From: Candidatus Fimenecus sp.
GTDB lineage: Bacteria > Bacillota > Clostridia > Oscillospirales > Acutalibacteraceae
Direction: 5' to 3'
Length of the DNA: 64,000 bases
Assembly (NCBI GenBank): GCA_045594885.1
Contig: JAZNZJ010000026.1
Span: 3,754 to 67,753, forward strand
Shown piece by piece: positions 39,071-46,428 of the stretch. The notes under the pieces are model-generated. The model saw nothing but the letters and a program-made list of their open reading frames with translations, was not told the DNA's origin and ran no database searches. Both the position numbers and the translations under genes were made by a program. How positions within the stretch are numbered: the stretch's first letter is position 1; every line of letters starts with the position of its first letter.

Positions 39071-40699
39071 TTAGATTGCGGGCTGTTCTTCCTCTTCTTC
39101 ATCATCCTTCTTGCGTTTAAAGAGGATTATGATGAATAAGAACAAGCTAAGCACCATTGTCAGACCTAATGTAACGGGGTTTTGGAACAAATCTGCAAGA
39201 GTATCTGGGTTAGGTATAATCGGTACGTCCTTTTTAGGTCCGCCGATTGTAATAATAACACCGTCGTTATCTTTATCTTTGTCACCACCGTCATAATCAT
39301 CTATATGACCATCGCCGTCTTTATCAGGGTCCTTATCATCAGGAATTCCGTCATTATCGTCATCGGGGTCGGTAACATCGGGGTCGCCGTCACCATCAGT
39401 ATCGACGTCGGGGTGGTCGGGGTCATCCTTATCGGGAATACCGTCGCCATCATCGTCGTCATCTTTGTCATCGGGGATTCCGTCATCATCCTTGTCATCA
39501 TCGGGGATTATTTCGCCATCGGGAAGCCCATCGTTGTCATCATCGTCATCTTCACTGTCGAGAATACCATCACCGTCTGTGTCACGTTCGGGACTATCTG
39601 GGTCGTCCTTATCAAGAATGCCGTCATTGTCATCGTCGTCATCCTCATTGTCGGGGATGCCGTCGTTGTCGTCATCGTCATCTACCTTGTCAGGAGTGCC
39701 GTCACCGTCTGTATCACGGTCGGGATGGTCAGGGTCATCCTTATCGGGAATGCCGTCATTGTCGTCATCGTCATCCTTATCATCGGGGATGCCGTCATTG
39801 TCGTCATCGTCGTCATTTCTGTCAGGAATACCGTCATCGTCTGTATCTCGATTAGGGTGGTCAGGGTCATCCTCATCCGGAATTCCATCGCCGTCATCAT
39901 CGGGGTCAGGAATTATATCATCATTGTCACCATCGGGGTCAACATCTCCGGGATTATCAGGGTCACCGGGGTCAGTTTTGTCCGGGTCTTGGTCCGGAAT
40001 TCCATTACCGTCGTTATCTACAATGTGAAAATCAAGATAAATAACCTTTGTTCCCTCAGGAACAAGAACTACCTGTGTGCCGTCCGATGCCTCTGTAAGA
40101 GTAATTTCATCAACTTCATCTGTAAATTCAACAACAAATGCTGTGTTTGAAAGCACTTTGTCATCTTTTGCGATTGTAACGAAATGCTTTCCTTCAGAAA
40201 TGTCTTCAACCTTGTAACGACCGTCATCATCAGTAGTAGCAGTTGCACTACCAAAATCAAAGCTCATAGTAGCATCTTTAAGCTCTTTGTCGCCTAAATA
40301 CACGGTACCTTCCATATCAGCCTTTTGGCAATCATCATTGGGGTCGTCCGAACATTTTTTAAAGGTAACATCAACATTAGTATCAGTAACAATATCACTG
40401 ATTTTCAGATTTCCGTTGACATATTCATCTGTAACATCAACACCATTTACAGTAATGGAATCTAAATGATAACCATTTTCTGTAAAGACGCCAAGGTCGA
40501 TTTCACCAAATCTGTCAATTTTAAATTGTGTTCCGTCAGCACATATTTTGCCGTTAACAAGAACAAAACCACCGTCGTTGTAATTGATTGTTACATTGTG
40601 TTCAAATGGCACAACTGTACCAATCTGTGTTGCAAAACTGGGAATAGCCGTAGCTATGAGCATTGCAATAACAACAACAATACTAAATACTTTTTTCAA
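39071..40699 (-). CDS. Membrane-anchored surface protein with CarboxypepD_reg-like domain and thrombospondin type-3-like Ca-binding Asp repeats
   Basis: TTG start 7 nt after GGAGGTG. Signal peptide ...AIPSFA. Segment GTVYLGDKELKDATMSF...TTDDDGRYKVEDISEGKHFVTI. About 250 aa of DxDxDGxPDxxD repeats. C-terminal TM segment LGLTMVLSLFLFIIILF, then KRKKDDEEEEE. Confidence 0.75.
   Translation of the reverse strand: MKKVFSIVVVIAMLIATAIPSFATQIGTVVPFEHNVTINYNDGGFVLVNGKICADGTQFKIDRFGEIDLGVFTENGYHLDSITVNGVDVTDEYVNGNLKISDIVTDTNVDVTFKKCSDDPNDDCQKADMEGTVYLGDKELKDATMSFDFGSATATTDDDGRYKVEDISEGKHFVTIAKDDKVLSNTAFVVEFTDEVDEITLTEASDGTQVVLVPEGTKVIYLDFHIVDNDGNGIPDQDPDKTDPGDPDNPGDVDPDGDNDDIIPDPDDDGDGIPDEDDPDHPNRDTDDDGIPDRNDDDDDNDGIPDDKDDDDDNDGIPDKDDPDHPDRDTDGDGTPDKVDDDDDNDGIPDNEDDDDDNDGILDKDDPDSPERDTDGDGILDSEDDDDDNDGLPDGEIIPDDDKDDDGIPDDKDDDDDGDGIPDKDDPDHPDVDTDGDGDPDVTDPDDDNDGIPDDKDPDKDGDGHIDDYDGGDKDKDNDGVIITIGGPKKDVPIIPNPDTLADLFQNPVTLGLTMVLSLFLFIIILFKRKKDDEEEEEQPAI
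39260..40018 (-). repeat. Tandem coding repeats (four ~44-aa units, each built of shorter DDDDDNDGIPD modules)
   Basis: Units of the form DPDHP(N/D)RDTD(D/G)DG.PD...DDDDDNDGIPD..DDDDDNDGI.DKD, visible as GAT/GAC-rich near-repeats in the DNA. Confidence 0.8.
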
Positions 40700-40748
40700 T
40701 GAAATCCACCTCCTTGAAAAATTTTTACCAAATCAACACGGAGGTCGA

Positions 40749-41285
40749 TTACGGAGTAGTTTTACCGCTATCGTAAACCACTGTGAATGTAAGTGTATCT
40801 CTGTATTCGCCAACCGGTTTACCTTCAAAGCTTGTAATTGCTACTTTAACATTTTTGCCGTCTATTACATTGGGGGCTGTTGTATTTGCAGGGTTAACTG
40901 CATCGAAAGTAACTGCACCGCCACCTGTAATAGTATAATCTAATTCTTCAGCTGTGCCGTCAGCTTTCATTTTGCCACTACCTGAAACAGAAATTGTAAG
41001 AGATGCACCAATAAGAAGCTGTGACTCAACTTTATAAGTCATATCGTGTTCATCTTTATTGTTCCAAGGAATACTTGTATCCGCCGGAATTGTAACAGTA
41101 TATGACCAGTCTGTGTTCTCATCAAAAGTTGTATAAACATCTGCTGTACCTGTCTGAGCACCTGTTGAAGCATCAGGAGTTGGTTCAGCCTGATTAATTT
41201 GTGTTTCGGTCGCTGCCGCAAATGCAGGAACCGCAATAGCCATCATCATTACGATAGCCATTAATAAAGCAATAATTTTTTTCAT
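40749..41285 (-). CDS. Small secreted beta-rich protein, tandem paralog P1 of 11
   Basis: Signal peptide MKKIIALLMAIVMMMAIAVPAFA. Family motifs YTVTIPADTSIPW, SQL..G, LDYTI, YRDTLTFTVVY. Confidence 0.8.
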   Translation of the reverse strand: MKKIIALLMAIVMMMAIAVPAFAAATETQINQAEPTPDASTGAQTGTADVYTTFDENTDWSYTVTIPADTSIPWNNKDEHDMTYKVESQLLIGASLTISVSGSGKMKADGTAEELDYTITGGGAVTFDAVNPANTTAPNVIDGKNVKVAITSFEGKPVGEYRDTLTFTVVYDSGKTTP

Positions 41286-41324
41286 AATAATTTACTCTCC
41301 TTTAATGGAGCAGTCAAATCTTAA

Positions 41325-41801
41325 TTAAACGATTTCTGCTGTGAATGTAAGAGTATCTGTGTAAGCATCAACAGGAACTGTTAACCAAGCTGCATTTGAT
41401 GTATCAATAGTAACTGTATCAACTTTGTCAACTAACACTTCTTCAGTTGCTGTGAATGTAGCATCTGTGATTGTATAAGCAAGAGTAGCTGTTGAGCCAT
41501 CCTTTTTCATAAGATATTCATCATCTGCGTCAGCAACAGAAACCTTTACAAAATCATCTGTTGCAAGCTGACTGTTGATTGTGTATTCAATTTTTGTTGT
41601 AGTTGCTTCCCAATAAATTTCCTGAGTTGCAGGAATTGAAACTGTGTACCAAGTTGGGTCACTGCCGTCTTCTTTTACTGTCTTTGTGTTAATAATTGTA
41701 TCGTTACCTGCGTTTGAACCGCCTTGAACTGCTGCAAAAGCAGGAACTGCGATAGCCATCATCATTACGATAGCCATTACTAATGCTAAAATCTTTTTCA
41801 T
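41325..41801 (-). CDS. Small secreted beta-rich protein, tandem paralog P2
   Basis: MKKILALVMAIVMMMAIAVPAFA; YTVSIPATQEIYW; LAYTI; AAW...YTDTLTFTAEIV. Confidence 0.8.
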   Translation of the reverse strand: MKKILALVMAIVMMMAIAVPAFAAVQGGSNAGNDTIINTKTVKEDGSDPTWYTVSIPATQEIYWEATTTKIEYTINSQLATDDFVKVSVADADDEYLMKKDGSTATLAYTITDATFTATEEVLVDKVDTVTIDTSNAAWLTVPVDAYTDTLTFTAEIV

Positions 41802-41822
41802 AACGTTTTCTCCTTAAAAATT

Positions 41823-42302
41823 TTATACCAGCTCTGCTGTGAATGTTAATGTACCACTGTAATTATCAATTGAAGCTTCTTCCCAATTTGAAGTGGGAAT
41901 GTTCACCTTTACCGCTGATGTTTCGGGTGACGATGCTAAAATTACTGATTGTTTAGTGGTATATGTTGTATCACTTAAACCATATTTAAGTGTTGCAGTT
42001 TTTGCTTGATTTTTCATAGTGAAACCATCGGCTGATGATACAACAATGCTAACAAGCTTTCCTGTCTGAAGTTGACAGAATATTGAATATTCTACATTGG
42101 TGTATTCCTTTCCCCAAGGAATTTCAACTTCTGCGGGAATGGTCACTGTAAATGAGCCTTCGCCTTTATCTTTTATGCCGTCAACAACAACTTTAGTTGT
42201 TGTTCCTGCAGTACCATTATCATATTGAGTATTGGCAAATGCAGGAATACAAACTGCAAACATCATAACAAGAGCAAGAGCTAATGAAAGTACTTTTTTC
42301 AT
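41823..42302 (-). CDS. Small secreted beta-rich protein, tandem paralog P3 (divergent signal peptide)
   Basis: MKKVLSLALALVMMFAVCIPAFA; FTVTIPAEVEIPW; LKYGL; NW...YSGTLTFTAELV. Confidence 0.8.
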   Translation of the reverse strand: MKKVLSLALALVMMFAVCIPAFANTQYDNGTAGTTTKVVVDGIKDKGEGSFTVTIPAEVEIPWGKEYTNVEYSIFCQLQTGKLVSIVVSSADGFTMKNQAKTATLKYGLSDTTYTTKQSVILASSPETSAVKVNIPTSNWEEASIDNYSGTLTFTAELV

Positions 42303-42326
42303 ATTAAGCCCTCATTTTTAAATCAA

Positions 42327-42794
42327 TTATGCACTAACTACTTCTGCTGTGAAAGAAATCTGTCCTTCATAAACATCATAAGGAACTGCGTCCCAAGCAC
42401 CTGGTGTGATTGTAATGTCAAATTTATGTTCTTCATTTGAAACAACTTCTTTTTCTGAAAGACCGTCTGTTTTGTCTGTTGCAGTAAATTCAATTGATTT
42501 ACCTGCAGCACTTGTCAAATCCTGTGATTTTGCAAGTGTAACCTGAACTTTTTTACCTGAAACGAGCTGACTTGTGATGAAATAAGATGCTTGACCGTTT
42601 GTGTTCCAAGTAAGATTAACTGAAGCAGGAATTGTAACTGACCATGTACCGTCACCAACACCTGATGTACCGTCAACGATAACAGTTGTATCACCTGCTT
42701 TTGTTGCACTATTTAATGAATTAGTTGCAAAAGCAGGAACTGCAATAGCCATCATCATTACGATAGCCATAACGAGTGCTAAAATCTTTTTCAT
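42327..42794 (-). CDS. Small secreted beta-rich protein, tandem paralog P4
   Basis: Start moved to ATG 42794, where the family signal peptide MKKILALVMAIVMMMAIAVPAFA begins and an SD AAAGGAGAT lies upstream. WSVTIPASVNLTW; YEGQISFTAEVV. Confidence 0.8.
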   Translation of the reverse strand: MKKILALVMAIVMMMAIAVPAFATNSLNSATKAGDTTVIVDGTSGVGDGTWSVTIPASVNLTWNTNGQASYFITSQLVSGKKVQVTLAKSQDLTSAAGKSIEFTATDKTDGLSEKEVVSNEEHKFDITITPGAWDAVPYDVYEGQISFTAEVVSA

Positions 42795-42828
42795 AATATT
42801 AATCTCCTTTATCTCTATTGGAATCAAC

Positions 42829-43326
42829 TTAAACAGCTGAGTAAACAACTGTATATGTTACTGTACCCTGATAAACTGCAGGAACTGCCTGGTCGTACTG
42901 TTCTTGTGCAATACTGATTGTAATATCTGTGTCAGGACCTTCGTTATTGTTGATTTCGTTAAATGTTTTTGCGTCAACACCGCCTGCGAGTGTGTATTCA
43001 AGTGAATAGCCTACAGCAACATCACTTGTCATTACAGCACCATTATCAGCAGCAACTGAAACTTTAAGACTTGCGCCGATAGGAAGCTGTGATGTAACTG
43101 AATAGTTAGCATCTTTAGTAGCTGTATCATCCCAAGCAAATGTGAATGATGCGGGATAAGTAACTGTGTAAGTAGCATCTGCATCTGATGTTGTTGTAGC
43201 AACTACTACCTGACCTTTTTGAGAACCGTCAGCTTCTTTTGCTGTATTTTGGTCAATAGCAAAAGCGGGAACTGCAATAGCCATCATCATTACGATAGCC
43301 ATAACGAGTGCTAAAATCTTTTTCAT
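42829..43326 (-). CDS. Small secreted beta-rich protein, tandem paralog P5
   Basis: Same signal peptide; YTVTYPASFTFAW; LEYTL; YQGTVTYTVVY. Confidence 0.8.
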   Translation of the reverse strand: MKKILALVMAIVMMMAIAVPAFAIDQNTAKEADGSQKGQVVVATTTSDADATYTVTYPASFTFAWDDTATKDANYSVTSQLPIGASLKVSVAADNGAVMTSDVAVGYSLEYTLAGGVDAKTFNEINNNEGPDTDITISIAQEQYDQAVPAVYQGTVTYTVVYSAV

Positions 43327-43338
43327 AATATTTTCTCC

Positions 43339-43824
43339 TTATTTCGTCTTTATTGAAACTGTAAATGTTACAAGGTCTGCATAATTATCAACTGAAACCT
43401 GATTCCAATGCTCCGGAAGAATAAGCACATATAAAACGTCCTCAACTTTGGTTTCCGGAATAACAGATTCAGTTAAACTGAAATTACCGTTAAGAAGTGC
43501 ATATGGAATTGCACCATTTACACCGTCTTTTAAAAGGTAATTATTCTGACCTTTTACATCGAAGTCTAAAACTTTTCCTGTTTCAAGCTGACACTCAACT
43601 GTGAATGGAATATAAGTATTTGTTGCACCCCAGTAAATTTCAACCTTTGCAGGAATTGTAACTATATAGTATGCGGCTTCTGTGCCATTCTCTTTTGTTG
43701 TAAGAGTGCAAATGTCTGTATTTGCCACATTATTGTTGTTATCAATTGTATTAGTGGCAAATGACGAAAAGCACATACTAATCAATAAAAGTAAAATTAT
43801 TACGAGAGTTAAAATTCTTTTCAT
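43339..43824 (-). CDS. Small secreted beta-rich protein, tandem paralog P6 (divergent signal peptide)
   Basis: MKRILTLVIILLLLISMCFSSFA; YIVTIPAKVEIYW; IPYALL; HW...YADLVTFTVSI. Confidence 0.78.
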   Translation of the reverse strand: MKRILTLVIILLLLISMCFSSFATNTIDNNNNVANTDICTLTTKENGTEAAYYIVTIPAKVEIYWGATNTYIPFTVECQLETGKVLDFDVKGQNNYLLKDGVNGAIPYALLNGNFSLTESVIPETKVEDVLYVLILPEHWNQVSVDNYADLVTFTVSIKTK

Positions 43825-43850
43825 AATCTTACCCCCATCAATTAAGCGAT

Positions 43851-44333
43851 TTAAACCTTATCGCTAAGAGTAGCTGTAAATGTAACATGACTTGAATATT
43901 CAGCGATTGTCTTATTCCAGTCAGCAACTGTGAATGTAAGAGTTTCTGTTTCGTCTGAAACTTCAACATAATCAACATCAACGTCACCTGATACTGTGTA
44001 TTCAAGTGTATCAGCAGTACCATTAGCTGTCATTGTACCTGTAACACCATGTGATGTCTGGTCTGCAACTGTAACATTGAGTTCCTTGCCAACTGCAAGT
44101 TGTGTTATTACTGTGTATGTTACATCATATGTTGGCGCATTCCAAGGAATAACGATTTCTGCAGGATATGTAACTGTATAAGTACCTGCACCAACTGCTG
44201 TCGTATCTGTCGTAACAAGAACATTATCATTCTGATTTGCTCCGCCAACTTCTGAAAAGCTACCTGCGAATGCGGGAACTGCAATAGCCATCATCATTAC
44301 GATAGCCATAACGAGTGCTAAAATCTTTTTCAT
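43851..44333 (-). CDS. Small secreted beta-rich protein, tandem paralog P7
   Basis: Family signal peptide; YTVTYPAEIVIPW; LEYTV; DW...YSSHVTFTATL. Confidence 0.8.
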   Translation of the reverse strand: MKKILALVMAIVMMMAIAVPAFAGSFSEVGGANQNDNVLVTTDTTAVGAGTYTVTYPAEIVIPWNAPTYDVTYTVITQLAVGKELNVTVADQTSHGVTGTMTANGTADTLEYTVSGDVDVDYVEVSDETETLTFTVADWNKTIAEYSSHVTFTATLSDKV

Positions 44334-44368
44334 AATATTTTCTCCTAAATGAAAATTAATTTTAAAAA

Positions 44369-44860
44369 TTAAATGTCAACGATTTCTGATGTGAATGTAA
44401 GAATATCTTTGTATTCGTCGAATGATGCTCCATCCCAATTTGGTTTTGAAACATCAACACTAAAGCTGTATGTTGCGTCAGTTTCAGTAGCTAAAACAAC
44501 GGGTCTTGTTGTTTTTGCAGTTGTTTCGCCGCTAAGTGCGTATGCAAGTTTTGCACCGCCTGCATTAACCATTTCAAAACCATTTGCATCTTTGTCAATG
44601 ATTGCAACAGAAACGCATTTACCTGTCTTAAGCTGTGATGTAATTGAATACTCGAAGCTTGTGTTTTCATCGCCCCATGTAAGAGCCATTGTTGCAGGAT
44701 AAGTAACTGTATAAGTACCTTCGCCAGCAACACCAGAAATATCTGTAACAACTTCTGCGTCGCCTGATTCGTTACCAACTTCAAGAGTTGCTGCAAATGA
44801 AGGAACTGCAATAGCCATCATCATTACGATAGCCATAACGAGTGCTAAAATCTTTTTCAT
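44369..44860 (-). CDS. Small secreted beta-rich protein, tandem paralog P8
   Basis: Family signal peptide (VPSFA); YTVTYPATMALTW; LAYAL; NW...YKDILTFTSEIV. Confidence 0.8.
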   Translation of the reverse strand: MKKILALVMAIVMMMAIAVPSFAATLEVGNESGDAEVVTDISGVAGEGTYTVTYPATMALTWGDENTSFEYSITSQLKTGKCVSVAIIDKDANGFEMVNAGGAKLAYALSGETTAKTTRPVVLATETDATYSFSVDVSKPNWDGASFDEYKDILTFTSEIVDI

Positions 44861-44892
44861 AATATTTATCTCCTTTTTAAATTAACTAACAA

Positions 44893-45396
44893 TTAAACGA
44901 TAGCTGCTGAGAATGTAAGAATATCTGAATATGTACCAACGATTGCTCTGTTCCAAGCATCTGCTGTGATGTCAACAGAAATAACTTTTTCTTCTTTTGG
45001 ATAAGTAACTGTTGCAAAGTTTACTGCTGTGTCACCTGTAAGTGCAAAATTGAGGTCAAGATTAACATTTTCTTCAGGAGAATATGTCATAACATTGTCT
45101 GAACTTGCAACTGCAACGTCAAGTGTTTTGCCATAGAGAAGGTGTGCTTCAACGAAATAGCTCATTGGAGTTGCCTCTGAGCCCCAATAAATTGTTGTAT
45201 CTGCAGGAATTTCAACTAAATACCAGTCGCCGTCGCCATCTGGAACACCGTCACCATTTTCATCTTTCTGTGTGCTTGTAGTGATTGTAACGTCACCTGA
45301 CTGACCGGGTTTTACGTTAAGGTCAGCTGCGAATGCGGGAACTGCGATTGCCATCATCATTACGATAGCCATAACGAGTGCTAAAATCTTTTTCAT
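44893..45396 (-). CDS. Small secreted beta-rich protein, tandem paralog P9
   Basis: Family signal peptide; YLVEIPADTTIYW; LNFAL; AW...YSDILTFSAAIV. Confidence 0.8.
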   Translation of the reverse strand: MKKILALVMAIVMMMAIAVPAFAADLNVKPGQSGDVTITTSTQKDENGDGVPDGDGDWYLVEIPADTTIYWGSEATPMSYFVEAHLLYGKTLDVAVASSDNVMTYSPEENVNLDLNFALTGDTAVNFATVTYPKEEKVISVDITADAWNRAIVGTYSDILTFSAAIV

Positions 45397-45435
45397 AATA
45401 TTTATCTCCTTTAATTAACTTATAGTAAACAGCAA

Positions 45436-45918
45436 TTATACTGTAACGATTGATGATGTATAAGTAAGGATGTCGCTGTACTCTTCAACAACTGCTGTGT
45501 TCCATGTAAGGTCATCAACAACAACTTTGAGTTCTACATTAGCTGCAGGATAAACATTAGCAGTAGCTGTTGTGTAATTTACAGTACCATCAAGTGCGTA
45601 AGCGAGTTCATAAGCACCATCTGCAGTTTTCATAGCACCATTACCTGCAACTGTAACATTTACTCTGTTGTTTCTTGTAAGGTGAGCTTCAACTTTGTAA
45701 GAAACGTCTGTTTCAGCTTCGCCCCAAGGAATAACTGTGTCTGCAGGAATTGTAACGATGTACTGTTCTGCATCATTACCATTTTTGTCTTTTGTATCTG
45801 TGCTGATAAGAACATCACCAGCCTCTGAAGGCTTTACTGTAAGGTCAGCTGCGAATGCGGGAACACAGATAGCGAGCATCATAACGAGTGCAAGTGCGAT
45901 TGAAATTACTTTTTTCAT
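45436..45918 (-). CDS. Small secreted beta-rich protein, tandem paralog P10 (P3-like signal peptide)
   Basis: MKKVISIALALVMMLAICVPAFA; YIVTIPADTVIPW; LAYAL; TW...YSDILTYTSSIV. Confidence 0.8.
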   Translation of the reverse strand: MKKVISIALALVMMLAICVPAFAADLTVKPSEAGDVLISTDTKDKNGNDAEQYIVTIPADTVIPWGEAETDVSYKVEAHLTRNNRVNVTVAGNGAMKTADGAYELAYALDGTVNYTTATANVYPAANVELKVVVDDLTWNTAVVEEYSDILTYTSSIVTV

Positions 45919-45955
45919 AACTGTTTTCTCCTTTATATCAAGATTAATTTACTAT

Positions 45956-46417
45956 TTAAACAGCATCAATATATTCAATAGTGAATGTAAGAATATCACT
46001 ATGTCTGCCTGATGCCGCCTGTAACCATTGTGCTTCTGTAACACTTACAGAAAGAGGAATTGCCTTGCCGTATTCACCGGGGAAGAAAGAGATGTCCTCT
46101 GCTCCCAAAAGAGCATATTCAATGGTACGCTTTGAATCGCTTGAATTTACAAGCTTATAGTCGTTTTCGGAACTAACCGAAACCTTAACTTTTTTGGCAG
46201 GTTCAATAAGCATTTTTTCTGCTTTTACCTCACCGATTCCCATAGAAGCTGTCATCCACGGGATTTCCACATCCGCTGGGAACGATAACACATAGTCAAC
46301 ATCTGCTTTTGTGGAAATTTCCATTGATTGTTCCAACGCAAAAGTTGGAACTATGCAAAGCAAGAGCATAACGAGTGCAAGACCTGCGGATAAAGCTTTT
46401 TTCATATAAAACATCAT
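45956..46417 (-). CDS. Small secreted beta-rich protein, tandem paralog P11 (shortest, divergent)
   Basis: (MMFY)MKKALSAGLALVMLLLCIVPTFA; YVLSFPADVEIPW; IEYALL; QW...HSDILTFTIEYI. The start could be 46417, 46414 or 46405. Confidence 0.75.
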   Translation of the reverse strand: MMFYMKKALSAGLALVMLLLCIVPTFALEQSMEISTKADVDYVLSFPADVEIPWMTASMGIGEVKAEKMLIEPAKKVKVSVSSENDYKLVNSSDSKRTIEYALLGAEDISFFPGEYGKAIPLSVSVTEAQWLQAASGRHSDILTFTIEYIDAV

Positions 46418-46428
46418 CTCCTCCCTTA

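Noticed and set aside
39182-40150. Long plus-strand ORFs (322 aa and 187 aa, the latter at 39465-40028) rich in I/V or S.
   Set aside because: They are antisense or out-of-frame readings of the GAT/GAC (Asp) repeat DNA of the TSP3-like gene. They have low-complexity composition and no SD, so they are artefacts.
41227-45402. Regularly spaced identical ~65-nt repeats that could be mistaken for a CRISPR-like or satellite array.
   Set aside because: The spacing (~530 bp) equals the gene length. The repeats are the 5' ends (SD-proximal UTR plus signal peptide) of paralogous genes. No cas genes are present. They are reported as a finding about paralog evolution instead.
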